This document shows positions 9,822-23,009 of a stretch of 64,000 bases of DNA, in pieces. Location: assembly GCA_963724765.1 (NCBI GenBank), contig CAVRVY010000002.1, positions 384,001 to 448,000 of the forward strand. Direction: 5' to 3'. Below the pieces are notes generated by a model, which had not been told where the DNA came from, did no database searches, and saw only the letters and a program-made list of their open reading frames with translations. Origin of the DNA: an uncultured delta proteobacterium (lineage in GTDB: Bacteria; Desulfobacterota; Binatia; Binatales; Binataceae). A program made the position numbers and the translations under genes. Every line of letters begins with the position of its first letter. Within the stretch, counting starts at the first letter, position 1.

Positions 9822-10771
9822 TTGAGCAGAACGAGCTTGTGCGTGTTGCTGATCCTTCTTGTTCTGCCGGGCGTTGCCAGGGCGCAGGTCGGTAAGCGCA
9901 ATTTCATCGAACCGCTGATTGTCGAGGACCCCAACCCCAGCAACGAAGTTGACCTGATTCCCAATTGGGTTGCGATCGCCAAGGGCAGCAACTTTTCGTT
10001 TAACTTCACCCTGGAGAAAACATTCAGCCAGAACTTCAGCATCGAACTCGGAAACGCCTGGAACGATCCTTCATGTAGTCCGGGTTTCATCTGCCTTGGC
10101 GCGGGCTCCGGCCGCCGTGGCCGGTCTCGCCATGTGCAAGCGAATTCAAATAACCTCTCGCAGCAACTGCTCACCGGCTTCGATGACCTGGAAGTTCTGC
10201 CAAAATATGCCTTTTATCGCTCCGATGAGCATGAAACGCGACTGGCAATCGGACTGGATACCTTTCTCCCGATCGGCAACAAGACTGCCGGCGGCACCAC
10301 CCACGCCTCCATTTGCCCCATTTTCATGTTCGCCAGGGGCTTGGGCGACATCCCCAACCAAGGCTTCGAAAAATACTTGCGCCCGCTGGCGGTTCAGGGC
10401 GAGCTTGCCTATTTGATCAAGACCAGCGGTCAGCAGAATGACGACGCGATCGCGGACTGGAATATCTCCTATGAGCTTTCCTACCTGACGGACAATGTCG
10501 ACGACTTCGGCCTACCCGCAATCATCAACAATCTCGCGCCGTTCGCTGAATTCAGCTACGAGCAAATCGTGAATGGGCCGCAGGGTGGAACTCAACCTGA
10601 TCTCTAGTGCTGCCGGGGCTGGCCTATGTCGCCGTAGCCTACCAGGTCAGTCTCGCCACCGAATTTGCGCTCAATGAGGCCTCTATTTACAATTGTCATG
10701 GCGCTGTCTTCGGCATGCTAAGCCTGACGCTGGATCAGTTGTTTTCGGAAGCCGGCCAGACCCTGTTCTGA
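9822..10771 (+). pseudogene. Exported/outer-membrane hypothetical protein with an apparent frameshift near 10604
   Basis: Signal peptide; ORF stops at 10607, but the -1 frame from 10604 continues LVLPGLAYVAVAYQVSLATEFALN...GQTLF* (C-terminal Phe) to 10771. Confidence 0.55.
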
Positions 10772-10961
10772 ATTGAGTATTGCGACGGCTCGCGCGGATC
10801 GCGGCATCGACGTCGTAGCTCGCAGCCTCTCTACGAGGCGTGTCCAGCAGGTAGTGCGGTCGGGTGGCGTAGCGGCGGCGCGGGCTTCCCAGTTGTACCG
10901 AATTTGCCGGCGCCACTTTCGGCTTCCGGAATCGCCTCTCCTTCGCCGCGAGGCCCGGTGC

Positions 10962-11456
10962 TCAGCGAGAAGCGGCCGCTTCGCGCGGCGGCCGGCGGCG
11001 CGCGCCGCGCTCCAGACCGAGCGCGGCCAGCGCGTCGAGAATCGCCGCGGCTTCGGCGCGAATCGCGTCGAAGTCGCCGCCGCGTTCGGCTACGATGCGC
11101 GCGACCTCGGCGGTCGTGCGTGCGTAGTCGTTCTTGAAGCGGCGGTTAAGCTCCTTCCACGGAATCCCGGCCAGCGCCCGCGTCGCCTCGGCGGTCGCGT
11201 GCAGAATCCCGCGCGCCATCAGCACCGCGATCGCCGGATAGCCGAGGTAGCCCTGCCAGTATGAGGCATTGTCATTGGAACTGATCTCCCGGCCGTCAGC
11301 CGAGACCTCGACGCGATACTTCTTGGCGCCGTCGGACGAGACGACAGCCCATGTGCCCGGCGCATCGCTATCATCGATAACCCGAACGCGTCCGTCGCCG
11401 ATCGCACCGATCGCCTCGTAAATCTTGATCGGCGGCGGCATCTCCCATTTTTTCAA
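10962..11456 (-). CDS. Conserved hypothetical protein
   Basis: 164 aa with protein-like composition (PPIKIYEAIGAIGDGRV, SNDNASYWQGYLGYPAIA); co-oriented with neighbours. Confidence 0.7.
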   Translation of the reverse strand: MKKWEMPPPIKIYEAIGAIGDGRVRVIDDSDAPGTWAVVSSDGAKKYRVEVSADGREISSNDNASYWQGYLGYPAIAVLMARGILHATAEATRALAGIPWKELNRRFKNDYARTTAEVARIVAERGGDFDAIRAEAAAILDALAALGLERGARRRPPREAAASR

Positions 11457-11510
11457 TTTTTCACTGACACTCCCCGCGCTACTCCGCTCTCGGCGCTGGA
11501 GGCCTTCGTA

Positions 11511-11981
11511 TCACTTCTTGTTGAGCCGCAGACCCGGTACGACCTTCTCCCATTCGGGATCGGCCGACAGCGTCGGATAGCCCGCGCCAATCTGGATCAA
11601 CACGCCGTTGGACGAGCGCGGCGAGATAAAGGCCTCGTAAGAGTCCGGCGAATGTTCCTTTTCTTGCACAACTCGCACTCCGGACGCCTTCAGTTCAGCG
11701 ATGCGCGCTTTGGTGTCCGGAACGTCGAAGGTGACGTGGTGAAAGCCTTCCCCATGCTCGGCAATGAACTTGTGCATGAATGAGTCCTCGCCCAGTGGCT
11801 CGAGCAACTCGATTATCGTGCCGGCGAGGTCGAATTCGGCGAAGCGGAAACCTGCCTCGCGGCGTTCATAGTCGTACATGAAAGTTGCGCCGAGCGTTCC
11901 TTCCCAGAACTTGCGCGCCTCCGCGATGCTTTTGACCGCGATTCCGATGTGATCGAGTTTTCCGATTGGCTGCTTGCTCAT
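11511..11981 (-). CDS. VOC family protein, methylmalonyl-CoA epimerase-like
   Basis: LDHIGIAV, IELLEP, GEGFHHVTF, NGVLIQ. Confidence 0.85.
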   Translation of the reverse strand: MSKQPIGKLDHIGIAVKSIAEARKFWEGTLGATFMYDYERREAGFRFAEFDLAGTIIELLEPLGEDSFMHKFIAEHGEGFHHVTFDVPDTKARIAELKASGVRVVQEKEHSPDSYEAFISPRSSNGVLIQIGAGYPTLSADPEWEKVVPGLRLNKK

Positions 11982-12032
11982 CGTTTAACCAAATCTCCCA
12001 TTTATCTCAGCCCGTAATCTCGACCCGTCGTC

Positions 12033-12383
12033 TCAACCCTTCATCGGCACTTCCTCGGTCACCATGAAGATGCAGTTGGCGAGGTCGAGGAACTTGTGCT
12101 CGTCGGGCCGAACGATTTCGAGATAGCGCGGCTCGGCGAACGCTTTCTTCACTTCGTCGAGGTTGTCGGCCCACAGTTCCGCGACGCCGTCGTACGCTCC
12201 CGACCCGCCCGGCGTGTCGGACAAACCGGTGTCGATAGCATGGCTTTGGACGTACTTGCGAAAATGGCGCATCATTTCCGGCACGCTCAGCACCAGCGGC
12301 CCGTGCACATCTCTCCAGTAGCGATGGAATTCCTGCGCGCCCATCCCGGCCTTGCGTTTGACTATCACTGCGACCTTTACCAT
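12033..12383 (-). CDS. EthD domain-containing protein
   Basis: KRKAGM..EFHRYWRDVHGPLV, YDGVAELW, DEHKFLD; ATG 12383 has a GGAGG RBS. Confidence 0.85.
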   Translation of the reverse strand: MVKVAVIVKRKAGMGAQEFHRYWRDVHGPLVLSVPEMMRHFRKYVQSHAIDTGLSDTPGGSGAYDGVAELWADNLDEVKKAFAEPRYLEIVRPDEHKFLDLANCIFMVTEEVPMKG

Positions 12384-12585
12384 CGGAGCATCCTCCATCG
12401 TTTCGAGAGTGAAAGTTGAATTTTCGACTTGTGGCTTCCTTAGCACACAATCGGACCAACCGTGGCGCGGGGGCCGAGCGCGTAGAGCTTCGCTTGGAGC
12501 CCACTACAACTCGCCTCTGCTATCTGGCACGATTGCTTGAAGCCAACGCGATGAACATCGTCTGACCTGATAGATGCCGCAATAG

Positions 12586-14250
12586 ATGAAGGACCTGATC
12601 GTATCCATTCTTAAAGCCGCTATCGAGCGCGCGCGCGCCGCCGGCCAACTCACCGCCGCGCCGCCCATCGCCGCAAGCGTCGAGGCGCCCAAGGACCCGG
12701 CCCACGGCGACGCGGCGAGCAACCTCGCGCTGGTGATGGCGCGCGGTGAGAAAAAACCGCCGCGCGCGATCGCCGAGATCATCCGCGCCAACCTGGAACT
12801 CCCGCCCGAAGTTGCGGAGGCGAACGTGGCCGGCGCGGGGTTCATCAATTTCCGGATGGCGCCGGCGTTCTGGCATGGCGAGTTGCGCCGCGCCGCGGCC
12901 GCAGGCGAGCGCTTCTGGCGTCCGCAAATCGGCGACGGGCGCAAGGTGCAGGTGGAGTTTCTCTCGGCCAATCCCACCGGGCCGCTAACCGTCGGCCACG
13001 GGCGCAATGCCGTGCTCGGCGACACGCTCGCGCGGATGCACGAGGCAAGCGGCTTCGTCGTCACGCGCGAGTACTATTTCAACAACGGCGGGCGCCAGAT
13101 GAAGCTGCTCGGCGAATCGGTGCGCGCGCGCTATCTCGAAGAGATCAACCGCCCCGCGACGATGCCCGAGGACGGCTACCAGGGCGAATACATCCGCGAC
13201 ATCGCACGCGAGCTGGTGAAGCGCCATAGCGAGGCGCTCGCCGACGCGGCCGAACTGGAAGTTTTTCGCGCACCGGCCGAGGAGGCGATCTTCGCCGACA
13301 TCCGTCGCACCTGCGAGCGCCTGGGCATCCGCTTCGACGTTTACACCAACGAACTCGACCTCATCCGCGGCGGCCAGGTCGACGCGGTGATCGAGGGCTT
13401 GCGCGAACGCGGCCTTATCGCCGAGTACGACGGCGCGGTGTGGCTCAAGGGCGAGCCGTTGGGCCTGCCCAAGGATCGCGTGCTGGTGCGCTCGGGACCT
13501 GGGCGCGAGCCGACCTACCGCACCCCCGACATCGCTTATCATATAGAGAAGCTGCGGCGCGGCTTCGACAGCGTGATCGACGTCTTCGGCGCCGACCATA
13601 TCGCGGAGCATCAGGGCGTGCTGGCGGCGGTCAAGGCGCTCGGCCACGACGTGACGCCGATTCACGCGATTATCTACCAGTTCGTGACGCTCACGCGCGC
13701 CGGCGAAAAGGTCAAAATGTCCACGCGCAAGGCGACCTACGTCACGCTCGACGAACTGATCGACGAGGTCGGCGCGGACGTGGTGCGGTTTTTTTTCCTG
13801 TTTCGCAAGCACGACAGCCATCTCGACTTCGACCTCGACCTGGCCAAGCGTCAGGCGCCCGAGAACCCGGTCTTTTACGTGCAGTACGCGCACGCGCGCC
13901 TGGCCAGCGTCTTTCGCGAGGCGGACAAGAAGGGGGTCGGCTTGCCTGCGGAAGTCTCTTCAGTCGATCTCGCGCCGCTCTCGGAGGAGGAGATCGGGCT
14001 TGCACGCAAGCTGATCGCGCTGCCCGAAGTTATCAGCGGCGCGGTCGAGAGCCTCGAGCCGCATCGCGTGCCGTTCTATCTGCTGGAATTGGCGGGCGAT
14101 TTTCACCGCTACTACAACAAGCCGTCGAATCGTATAATAAGTGAACAACGCGAACTGAGCCTCGCGCGGCTGTTTCTGGCGCGGTTGTTGATGGATGGGA
14201 TCAAAAGCGGGCTCAACCTGTTGGGCGTAAGTGCTCCCGATCGCATGTAA
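12586..14250 (+). CDS. argS: Arginine--tRNA ligase
   Basis: VEFLSANPTGPLTVGHGR (HIGH-like), KMSTR, YVQYAHAR, SAPDRM C-terminus. Confidence 0.98.
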   Translation: MKDLIVSILKAAIERARAAGQLTAAPPIAASVEAPKDPAHGDAASNLALVMARGEKKPPRAIAEIIRANLELPPEVAEANVAGAGFINFRMAPAFWHGELRRAAAAGERFWRPQIGDGRKVQVEFLSANPTGPLTVGHGRNAVLGDTLARMHEASGFVVTREYYFNNGGRQMKLLGESVRARYLEEINRPATMPEDGYQGEYIRDIARELVKRHSEALADAAELEVFRAPAEEAIFADIRRTCERLGIRFDVYTNELDLIRGGQVDAVIEGLRERGLIAEYDGAVWLKGEPLGLPKDRVLVRSGPGREPTYRTPDIAYHIEKLRRGFDSVIDVFGADHIAEHQGVLAAVKALGHDVTPIHAIIYQFVTLTRAGEKVKMSTRKATYVTLDELIDEVGADVVRFFFLFRKHDSHLDFDLDLAKRQAPENPVFYVQYAHARLASVFREADKKGVGLPAEVSSVDLAPLSEEEIGLARKLIALPEVISGAVESLEPHRVPFYLLELAGDFHRYYNKPSNRIISEQRELSLARLFLARLLMDGIKSGLNLLGVSAPDRM

Positions 14251-14340
14251 GATGGATCAGGGCTCGGTAGGAAGACTTGAGGAAGAAGACCTGGGCAAGA
14301 CTCGGTGAAAAAAAGACTCGAGCGGATGTGAGTAGGACGC

Positions 14341-15174
14341 ATGCGTTTTGAAATCGGACCGGGCGGGGGATTTGTCATCCTGGTGGGATTGGTGGGACTT
14401 TCGGCCGCCGTGTTTTTCCTGGGAATGATTTCCGGGCGCGAGATGGCGCAAAGCGAGCAGGGCCAGTCCCAGCTCGCGAGCGTCTATCCGATGCCTGCCG
14501 GCGCTCCCTCTACCGCGCCGCCACAAGTCGCCACGCCACCGTCTCAAGCCGCCGCGCCCGCCGCGCCGCCGCCTGCCGCTGCGGCTGCCGTCGCTACGCC
14601 CAGGCAGCCGAATGCGCACAAGGCGCCGGCCCGTCCAACGCTGGCAAGCGTCCCACCGCCGCATCGATCCGCGCCTGCGGCTGAAGAATCGGACGACGAT
14701 TCTTCAGCTCCGTCGGGTTCTTCAGCTTCGTCAAATGAAGCGGATACCGGCTCAGACGAGGGCGCGCCCAGCACTCCGGCGCCGAGCGCTCGGACTCGCG
14801 GCAAGGGATACAACATCGTGATCGACGCCGCGATGGACCGTGCGGCGGCAAATCGGATGGCGTCGCGGCTGCTCGGACTCGGCTACACCTCGCATATTAT
14901 GCCGACGCAAATTAACGGTCAGACGTGGTATCGTGTGCAGGTCGGGCCATATCCATCCCCGGACGACGCGCGCGCCGCACAGGCGCAATTGCGTGCAGCC
15001 TACACCGCCCGCTACGTCAACCGCGCGGGCGCGTCGAGCACGGGGACAGCCAGCGGCGGCGCAGCCGGCGCGGGCTCCGCCACTGACACTGACACGAGCG
15101 ATTCCGGCGCGGCGGATACGGGCTCGGATGACAGCGGCGGCGGAGATTCCGGGTCGCAGGCGCCCACGGATTGA
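14341..15174 (+). CDS. SPOR domain cell-division protein (FtsN/DedD-like)
   Basis: N-terminal TM, Pro/Ala linker, WYRVQVGPY SPOR motif; conserved position after argS. Confidence 0.85.
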   Translation: MRFEIGPGGGFVILVGLVGLSAAVFFLGMISGREMAQSEQGQSQLASVYPMPAGAPSTAPPQVATPPSQAAAPAAPPPAAAAAVATPRQPNAHKAPARPTLASVPPPHRSAPAAEESDDDSSAPSGSSASSNEADTGSDEGAPSTPAPSARTRGKGYNIVIDAAMDRAAANRMASRLLGLGYTSHIMPTQINGQTWYRVQVGPYPSPDDARAAQAQLRAAYTARYVNRAGASSTGTASGGAAGAGSATDTDTSDSGAADTGSDDSGGGDSGSQAPTD

Positions 15175-15214
15175 CAATCCGTGCGGCGGCTGGCTAACTG
15201 AAAAGGAGATGGAA

Positions 15215-15292
15215 ATGATGACCCTGAAGCTCAAGGCCGTATCGCGCTGGTGGTGGCACACCATCGCGCTCGCCTGCGCTCCGGGATCGTAA
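15215..15292 (+). CDS. trpL: trp operon leader peptide MMTLKLKAVSRWWWHTIALACAPGS
   Basis: AGGAG RBS at 15204-15208, three consecutive TGG codons, directly upstream of a terminator and trpE. Confidence 0.85.
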   Translation: MMTLKLKAVSRWWWHTIALACAPGS

Positions 15293-15315
15293 TTTAACGA
15301 TCAGCAGGGTTGTTG

Positions 15316-15360
15316 AAGGGGCCGCGGGCGAGAAGTCCGGCGGCCCTTTTCTTTTTTTGT
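15316..15360 (+). terminator. trp attenuator terminator hairpin
   Basis: GGGCCGC(15319-15325)...GCGGCCC(15340-15346) stem followed by a long T tract. Confidence 0.85.
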
Positions 15361-15438
15361 TTTTCGCTTTTCACTTTTTGCTTTTCACTGGCCTTCCGGG
15401 CTTTCGCGAGCGGTGAGAAGGCGTTTTGGGAGGGAGCG

Positions 15439-16948
15439 ATGCTGACGCCAAACGAGCGCGAGTTCGAGGCCCTGGCCGCAAAGGGCTACAACCTGATTCC
15501 GGTCTGGCGCGAGATTGCCGCCGACCTCGAGACGCCAGTCGGCGCCTTTCTCAAAGTCGCGCGCGGCGAGTACGCTTTTTTGCTCGAGAGCGTGCAGGGC
15601 GGAGAGAAGTGGGGGCGCTATACTTTTCTCGGCTCGGAGCCCGCGATGGTGATGCGCGGGCGGGGCGGGCGATTGGATCTCACGCGGCCGGGACGCAGCG
15701 TCGAGGTGCGCTCGGTCAAAGGTCCGCTGGAAGGCCTGCGCGATGAGATGCGCCGCTTTCGCGCCTATCAGTCGCCCGATCTGCCTCGCTTCTTCGGCGG
15801 CGCGGTCGGCTTTCTTGCCTATGACATCGCGCGCTACTTCGAGCGCCTGCCCACGCATGCGCACGACGAACTCGGCACGCCCGACCTCTACCTGATGCTG
15901 ACCGACACGGTGCTGATTTTCGACAACGTCCGCCAAACGCTCAAAATCGTCGCCAACGTGGCGCTCGAAGATCATCCCTCGACCCGTGCCGCCTACCGCG
16001 ACGCAGCGGCGAAGATCGATGAGCTAATCGCGCGCCTCGATACTCCCGCGAGGGCGCCGCGGCTCGAGAGCGCCGCGAATCTCAACGGCGACGTAGTGAA
16101 GCTTGTCTCCAACCAGACCCGCGAGGGTTACATGGCGATGGTCGAGGCGGCCAAGGAGTACATCGCGGCCGGCGACGTGATCCAGGTGGTGCCCTCGCAG
16201 CGTTTCGAGGCGCCGCTGGAGAGCCATCCGTTCAACCTCTACCGCAGCCTGCGCACGATCAATCCGTCGCCCTACATGTTCTACCTGCAGCTCGACGATC
16301 ACACGCTGGTCGGCGCGTCGCCCGAGGTGATGGTGCGGGTGGAGGGGCGTGAAATCACGCTCCGGCCGATCGCGGGCACGCGCCGGCGCGGCGCCACCGA
16401 GGCCGAGGACCGCGCGCTCGAGCGCGAGCTGCTCGCCGATCCCAAGGAGCGCGCCGAGCACGTGATGCTGGTTGACCTGGGGCGCAACGACGTCGGCCGG
16501 GTCGCGGAAATCGGTTCGGTCCAAGTGACCGAGCTGATGACGGTCGAGCGCTACTCGCACGTGATGCATATCGTCTCCAACGTGCGCGGGCGGCTGCGCG
16601 AGGGATGCGACGCGTACGACGCGTTTCGCGCGACCTTCCCGCAGGGCACGGTGTCGGGCGCGCCGAAAATCCGCGCGATGGAGATAATCGACGAACTCGA
16701 ACCGGTGCGCCGCGGCGTGTACGCCGGCGCGGTCGGCTATTTCAGTTACACCGGCAACACCGACACCGCGATCGCGCTGCGAACGATCCTGAGTGAAAAA
16801 CGGCCGCGTCTATATCCAGGCCGGCGGCGGCGTGGTCGCCGATTCCGACCCCGGCGCCGAGTACGAGGAATCGGTCAATAAGGCGCGCGCGATGGTCCGG
16901 GCGCTCAGCGCGGCACGTGCCTTCGAGACCGCGGGCGGGAGCAAGTAG
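15439..16948 (+). CDS. trpE: Anthranilate synthase component I, with a +1 frameshift at about 16792
   Basis: [43 protein letters not shown]; removing one A at 16792 restores [33 protein letters not shown], ending TAG 16948. Confidence 0.95.
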
Positions 16949-16950
16949 CC

Positions 16951-17537
<587 letters not shown>

Positions 17538-17541
<4 letters not shown>

Positions 17542-18563
17542 GCGAATTGCGCGACGCTTTCGCCGCCGTGCTCGCCGGCCGCTCGCTCGACGCCGCTCGC
17601 GCCGAGCGCGTGATGGGCGAGATTTTCGACAGCGAGCCGGCCGAGCCGCTGGTCGCGGGCTTTCTGATCGCGCTCAAGATCAAGGGCGAGTCGGCCGCCG
17701 AACTGACCGGCGGAGCACGTGCGATGCGGGCGCGGGCGCGCGCGCTCGATCTCAACGGCGGTAACATTCTCGATACCGCCGGGACCGGCGGCGACGGCGC
17801 CGGCACTTTCAACATCTCTACCGGCGCGGCGCTGGTCGCGGCGGCAGCCGGCGTGCCGGTCGCCAAGCACGGCAATCGTGCGATCAGCGGACGGGTCGGC
17901 GCGGCCGACGTGCTCGAACGCTTCGGGGTGAAAATCGATCTCGACGCCGAGGGCGTGCAACGATGCCTTCGCGCCGCCGGATGCTGCTTCATCTTCGCTC
18001 CGGCGTACCATCCGGTGCTCGCCCGCCTGGCGGACCTTAGGCGTGCGCTCGGCGTGCGCACAGTGTTCAACCTGATCGCGCCGCTCAGCAATCCGGCGCG
18101 TCCGCGCCGGCAGTTGCTCGGCGTCGCCGAGCCCCGGCTGGTGCGCCTGATGGCCGAAGCGCTGGCCGCGCTCGGGGTGGACCACGCGATGGTGGTGCAT
18201 GGCGAAGACGGACTCGACGAGCTGTCGCTCGCCGCGCCGACGCGGGTCGCTGAGGTGCGCGGCTTGGCGATAAACGAGTTCGAGGTCCGGCCGCGCGAGC
18301 TCGGATTCGAGCCCGGCGACGCCTCGGCGCTGATGGTGACCGACGCGGAGCAGGCGACCGAGGTCCTGCGCCGCACGCTTGCGGGTGAGGATGGGGCGGC
18401 GCAAGATGTGCTCGCGCTCAACGCGGCAGCGGCGATTTACGTTGGCGGCCGTGCGCGGTCGCTCAAAGAGGGCGTCGCGATGGCGCGCGAGATTCTCGCC
18501 GCCGGCCGGGCGCTAGAGGTGGTGGAGCGGATGAGGCGGGCGAGTCACGGAGAGACATCATGA
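17538..18563 (+). CDS. trpD: Anthranilate phosphoribosyltransferase
   Basis: DTAGTGGDG, NISTG, KHGNR, GLDE. Confidence 0.96.
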
Positions 18564-19384
18564 GTTCAAGTTCCGCTTCAACTTCGGCTGCGAATTCGAT
18601 CCTGGAGCGGATTTTCGCTGCCAAGCGCGCCGAACTCGAAGCGGAACGCGCTGCCGTGCCGCTCGAGGCGATTCGCGAGGCCGCCCGGCGCGCATCTCAG
18701 CCCCGTGATTTCCTGGCCGCGCTGCGTAGCTGCCGCCCCGCGATCATCGCCGAGATCAAACGCGCTTCGCCAAGCAAGGGCGATATCCTACCCAGCCTCG
18801 ACCCGGCCGCCGTGGCGCGCGATTATGCGGCCGCGGGAGCGGCCGCGATTTCGGTGCTGACCGACCGTCATTTTAAAGGCTCGCTTGAAGATTTGCGGGC
18901 GGTGCGAGAGGCGGTCGATCTGCCGCTGCTGCGCAAGGATTTTATTTTCAACTCCTATCAGCTCTATCAGGCGCGCGCGGCCGGCGCCGACTGTATCCTC
19001 CTGATCGCGGCGATGCTGAAGGAGGCCGAGATGCGTGCGCTGTACGTCGAAGCCCGTGAGCTTCGCCTTCAAGCGTTGGTTGAAGTCCATAACGAGGATG
19101 AGTTGCGCGCCGCAATCCGCGCTGGCGCCGAAATCGTCGGTATCAACAATCGTGACTTGCATACGTTCGTCACCGATATCGCGGTCACCGAGCGGCTGCT
19201 CGGCGGCTATCGCGGTACGGCGCTCGTCGTCTCGGAAAGCGGAATCGACATGCCCGAGGATATCCGCCGGCTCGACCACGCCGGCGCGCGCGCCTTTCTT
19301 ATCGGCGAGAGCCTGCTGCGCGGGGGCGATCCGCACCACAAGCTCGAAGCGCTCTGCGCCGCGCTGGGGCGGGCTGAAGGTTAA
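18560..19384 (+). CDS. trpC: Indole-3-glycerol phosphate synthase
   Basis: IAEIKRASPSKG, LRKDF, GINNRDL, VSESGI, LIGESL. Confidence 0.96.
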   Translation: MSSSSASTSAANSILERIFAAKRAELEAERAAVPLEAIREAARRASQPRDFLAALRSCRPAIIAEIKRASPSKGDILPSLDPAAVARDYAAAGAAAISVLTDRHFKGSLEDLRAVREAVDLPLLRKDFIFNSYQLYQARAAGADCILLIAAMLKEAEMRALYVEARELRLQALVEVHNEDELRAAIRAGAEIVGINNRDLHTFVTDIAVTERLLGGYRGTALVVSESGIDMPEDIRRLDHAGARAFLIGESLLRGGDPHHKLEALCAALGRAEG

Positions 19385-19392
19385 ATCCCCTG

Positions 19393-20073
19393 ATGACGGT
19401 GCGAATAAAGGTTTGCGGCATCACGCGATGCGAGGACGCCGAGATGGCGGTTGGCCTCGGCGCGGATTTCATCGGGCTCAACTTTTATCCGCCCAGTCCG
19501 CGGTGCTTGGCGCTGGAGCCGGCGGCGGCGATCGCGCGTATCGTCAAGGGACGCGGGCGGCTGGTCGGCGTCTTCGTCAACGCCGCGCGCGCCTATGTAA
19601 GGGAGCGCCTGGAATCGCTTGAGCTTGACCTGCTGCAGTTTCACGGCGACGAAGACGACGATGCGCTGGCAGGATGGCCGGTACCGGTGATTCGCGCGCT
19701 TCGGCTGCGCTCCGACGCGGCGCTCGACGTGATCGATATCGGCAAAATCAAGGCGGACTTTATTTTGCTCGACACGTTTCATCCGCAGCTTTTCGGCGGC
19801 ACCGGACAGGCGCGCCGGCTCGACGCCCTCGGGGCGCTCGATTTAAGCCGCGTCTTCGTCTCGGGCGGATTGACGCCGGATAACGTGACCGAGGCCGCGG
19901 CGCTCAATCCCTATGCGATCGACGTCGCCAGCGGCGTCGAGTCGGCGCCGGCTATCAAGGACCACGACAAGCTCCGGAGCTTCATCGCGAATGCCGGAGC
20001 TTCAAAAGCTTCCTCCGTCAACTCGAAACCTTCGCCAGGATCTTCCCACGCCCATGCAAAGCTACCCCGATAG
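19393..20073 (+). CDS. trpF: Phosphoribosylanthranilate isomerase
   Basis: [32 protein letters not shown]. Confidence 0.96.
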   Translation: MTVRIKVCGITRCEDAEMAVGLGADFIGLNFYPPSPRCLALEPAAAIARIVKGRGRLVGVFVNAARAYVRERLESLELDLLQFHGDEDDDALAGWPVPVIRALRLRSDAALDVIDIGKIKADFILLDTFHPQLFGGTGQARRLDALGALDLSRVFVSGGLTPDNVTEAAALNPYAIDVASGVESAPAIKDHDKLRSFIANAGASKASSVNSKPSPGSSHAHAKLPR

Positions 20074-21247
20074 GCGCGGACACTTCGGCGAGTTCGGCGG
20101 CCGCTACGTCGCCGAGACGCTGATGCCGGCGCTCGCCGAACTGGAGAGCGCCTACCGCGCGGCGCGGCGCGACCCGGGCTTTCGCGCCGAGCTCGAGCGC
20201 TACTCGCGCGAGTACGTCGGCCGCCCGACGCCGCTTTACTTCGCCGCCAACCTGACCGCGAAACTCGGCGGCGCGAAAATCTACATCAAGCGCGAAGACC
20301 TCTGTCATACCGGCGCGCACAAGGTGAACAACACGCTCGGCCAGGCGCTGCTCGCGGTGCGGATGGGCAAGTCGCGGATTACCGCCGAGACCGGCGCGGG
20401 ACAGCACGGCGTGGCGACGGCCACGATGGCCGCGCTGTTTCGGCGCGAGTGCGAGGTCTTCATGGGCAGCGTCGACGTCGAGCGCCAGTCGCTCAACGTC
20501 TTTCGCATGAAGCTGCTGGGCGCGAAGGTCACCGCGGTCGACGCCGGCAGCCGCAGCCTCAAGGACGCGCTCAACGAGGCGCTGCGCGACTGGATCGCCA
20601 CCGTCGCCAATACCTACTACCTCATCGGTACCGCGGCCGGGCCGCATCCGTATCCGATGATTGTGCGCGACTTCCAATCGGTGATCGGACGCGAGGCGCG
20701 CCGCCAGATTCTCAAGCACGAGGGCCGGCTGCCCGACGCGCTGGTCGCCTGCGTCAACGGCGGCTCCAACGCGATCGGGCTCTTCTATCCGTTCATCGCC
20801 GACAAGGACGTGCGCATGTACGGCGTCGAGGCGGGCGGCCTGGGGCTGAACGGCCCCTCGCATGCGGCGACGATCACCGCCGGTAGCGTCGGCGTGCTGC
20901 ACGGCAATCGCACCTACCTGTTGCAGGACGAACTCGGGCAGATTCGCGAGACTCATTCGATCGCTGCCGGACTCGACTACCCCGGCGTCGGCCCGGAACT
21001 CGCATGGCTCAAGCAGAGCGGCCGCGCCGAGTACGCCGCGGTCACCGACGCCGAGGCGCTCGACGGACTGCGCCTGCTCTCCGAGAGCGAGGGCATCATT
21101 GCGGCGCTGGAGAGCGCGCATGCGGTCGCGTATGCGGCGCGGCTGGCGCCCACGATGGCCAAGGATCGCGTGATGATCATCAATCTCTCGGGGCGCGGCG
21201 ACAAGGACATGCAGACCGTCGCGCGCGCGTTGGGGGTGACGCTGTGA
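20054..21247 (+). CDS. trpB: Tryptophan synthase beta chain
   Basis: [48 protein letters not shown]. Confidence 0.98.
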   Translation: MQSYPDRRGHFGEFGGRYVAETLMPALAELESAYRAARRDPGFRAELERYSREYVGRPTPLYFAANLTAKLGGAKIYIKREDLCHTGAHKVNNTLGQALLAVRMGKSRITAETGAGQHGVATATMAALFRRECEVFMGSVDVERQSLNVFRMKLLGAKVTAVDAGSRSLKDALNEALRDWIATVANTYYLIGTAAGPHPYPMIVRDFQSVIGREARRQILKHEGRLPDALVACVNGGSNAIGLFYPFIADKDVRMYGVEAGGLGLNGPSHAATITAGSVGVLHGNRTYLLQDELGQIRETHSIAAGLDYPGVGPELAWLKQSGRAEYAAVTDAEALDGLRLLSESEGIIAALESAHAVAYAARLAPTMAKDRVMIINLSGRGDKDMQTVARALGVTL

Positions 21248-22104
21248 GCGGGCGCGCGATGGCGAAGAAAGCGGCGGGGCGAATCGAAAAAAAATTCGCC
21301 GAGCTGCGTGCGCGCAATGAAGCGGCGCTGATTCCGTTTATCGTCGCCGGCGACCCCAACCTCGAAGCGACGCGCGGCCTGGTGCTCGAATTGGAAACCC
21401 GCGGCGCCGACCTGATCGAACTGGGCGTCCCGTTTTCCGATCCAATGGCGGACGGGCCGGCCAACCAGCGCGCGCTCGCGCGCGGGCTTGCCTCGGGCGC
21501 CTCGCTGGCCGCGATCCTCGCGATGGTGAGCGAGCTTCGCCGCCAAAGCCAGATCCCAATCGTGCTGTTCGGCTACTACAATCCGATCCTCCACTACGGA
21601 TGCGAGCGGCTGTGCGCCGACGCGGCGCGCGCCGGCGTCGACGGCCTGCTCGCCGTCGACCTGCCGCCTGAAGAGGCGGCCGAGCTTGCGCGCCCCGCCC
21701 GCGCCCACGGCCTCGACCTTATCTATCTGCTCGCGTCGACCACGCCGGTCGAGCGCATGCGCAAGATCGCGCGCGTAGGCAGCGGCTTTCTATACTACGT
21801 CGCGGTGACCGGCGTGACCGGCGCGCGCACCAGTCTCGCCGCTGGTCTCGAGGCCCGCGTGCGTGCGCTGCGTGCGGTGACCGACCTTCCAGTGGGCGTC
21901 GGCTTCGGCATCTCGACCGCCGCGCAGGCGGGCGAGGTCGCCGGGTACGCCGACGCGGTCGTAGTCGGCAGCGCGCTCTCGTTGATAATCGAGCGCGAGG
22001 GTGTCGGCTCGGGCCTTGCGCCCGCGGTGGGCGAGGCGGTGGGTGCGATGAAGAACGCGATGCGCGCGGCGCGCGGAGTTGTGCGCGCCCCGGCGGGAGG
22101 CTGA
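21244..22104 (+). CDS. trpA: Tryptophan synthase alpha chain
   Basis: [39 protein letters not shown]; start at GTG 21244 or ATG 21259. Confidence 0.97.
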   Translation: MSGRAMAKKAAGRIEKKFAELRARNEAALIPFIVAGDPNLEATRGLVLELETRGADLIELGVPFSDPMADGPANQRALARGLASGASLAAILAMVSELRRQSQIPIVLFGYYNPILHYGCERLCADAARAGVDGLLAVDLPPEEAAELARPARAHGLDLIYLLASTTPVERMRKIARVGSGFLYYVAVTGVTGARTSLAAGLEARVRALRAVTDLPVGVGFGISTAAQAGEVAGYADAVVVGSALSLIIEREGVGSGLAPAVGEAVGAMKNAMRAARGVVRAPAGG

Positions 22105-22107
22105 GCG

Positions 22108-22974
<867 letters not shown>

Positions 22975-23009
22975 GCTTTAGGCGGGCGGCAGGCTAAAAT
23001 TCCGCAGCG

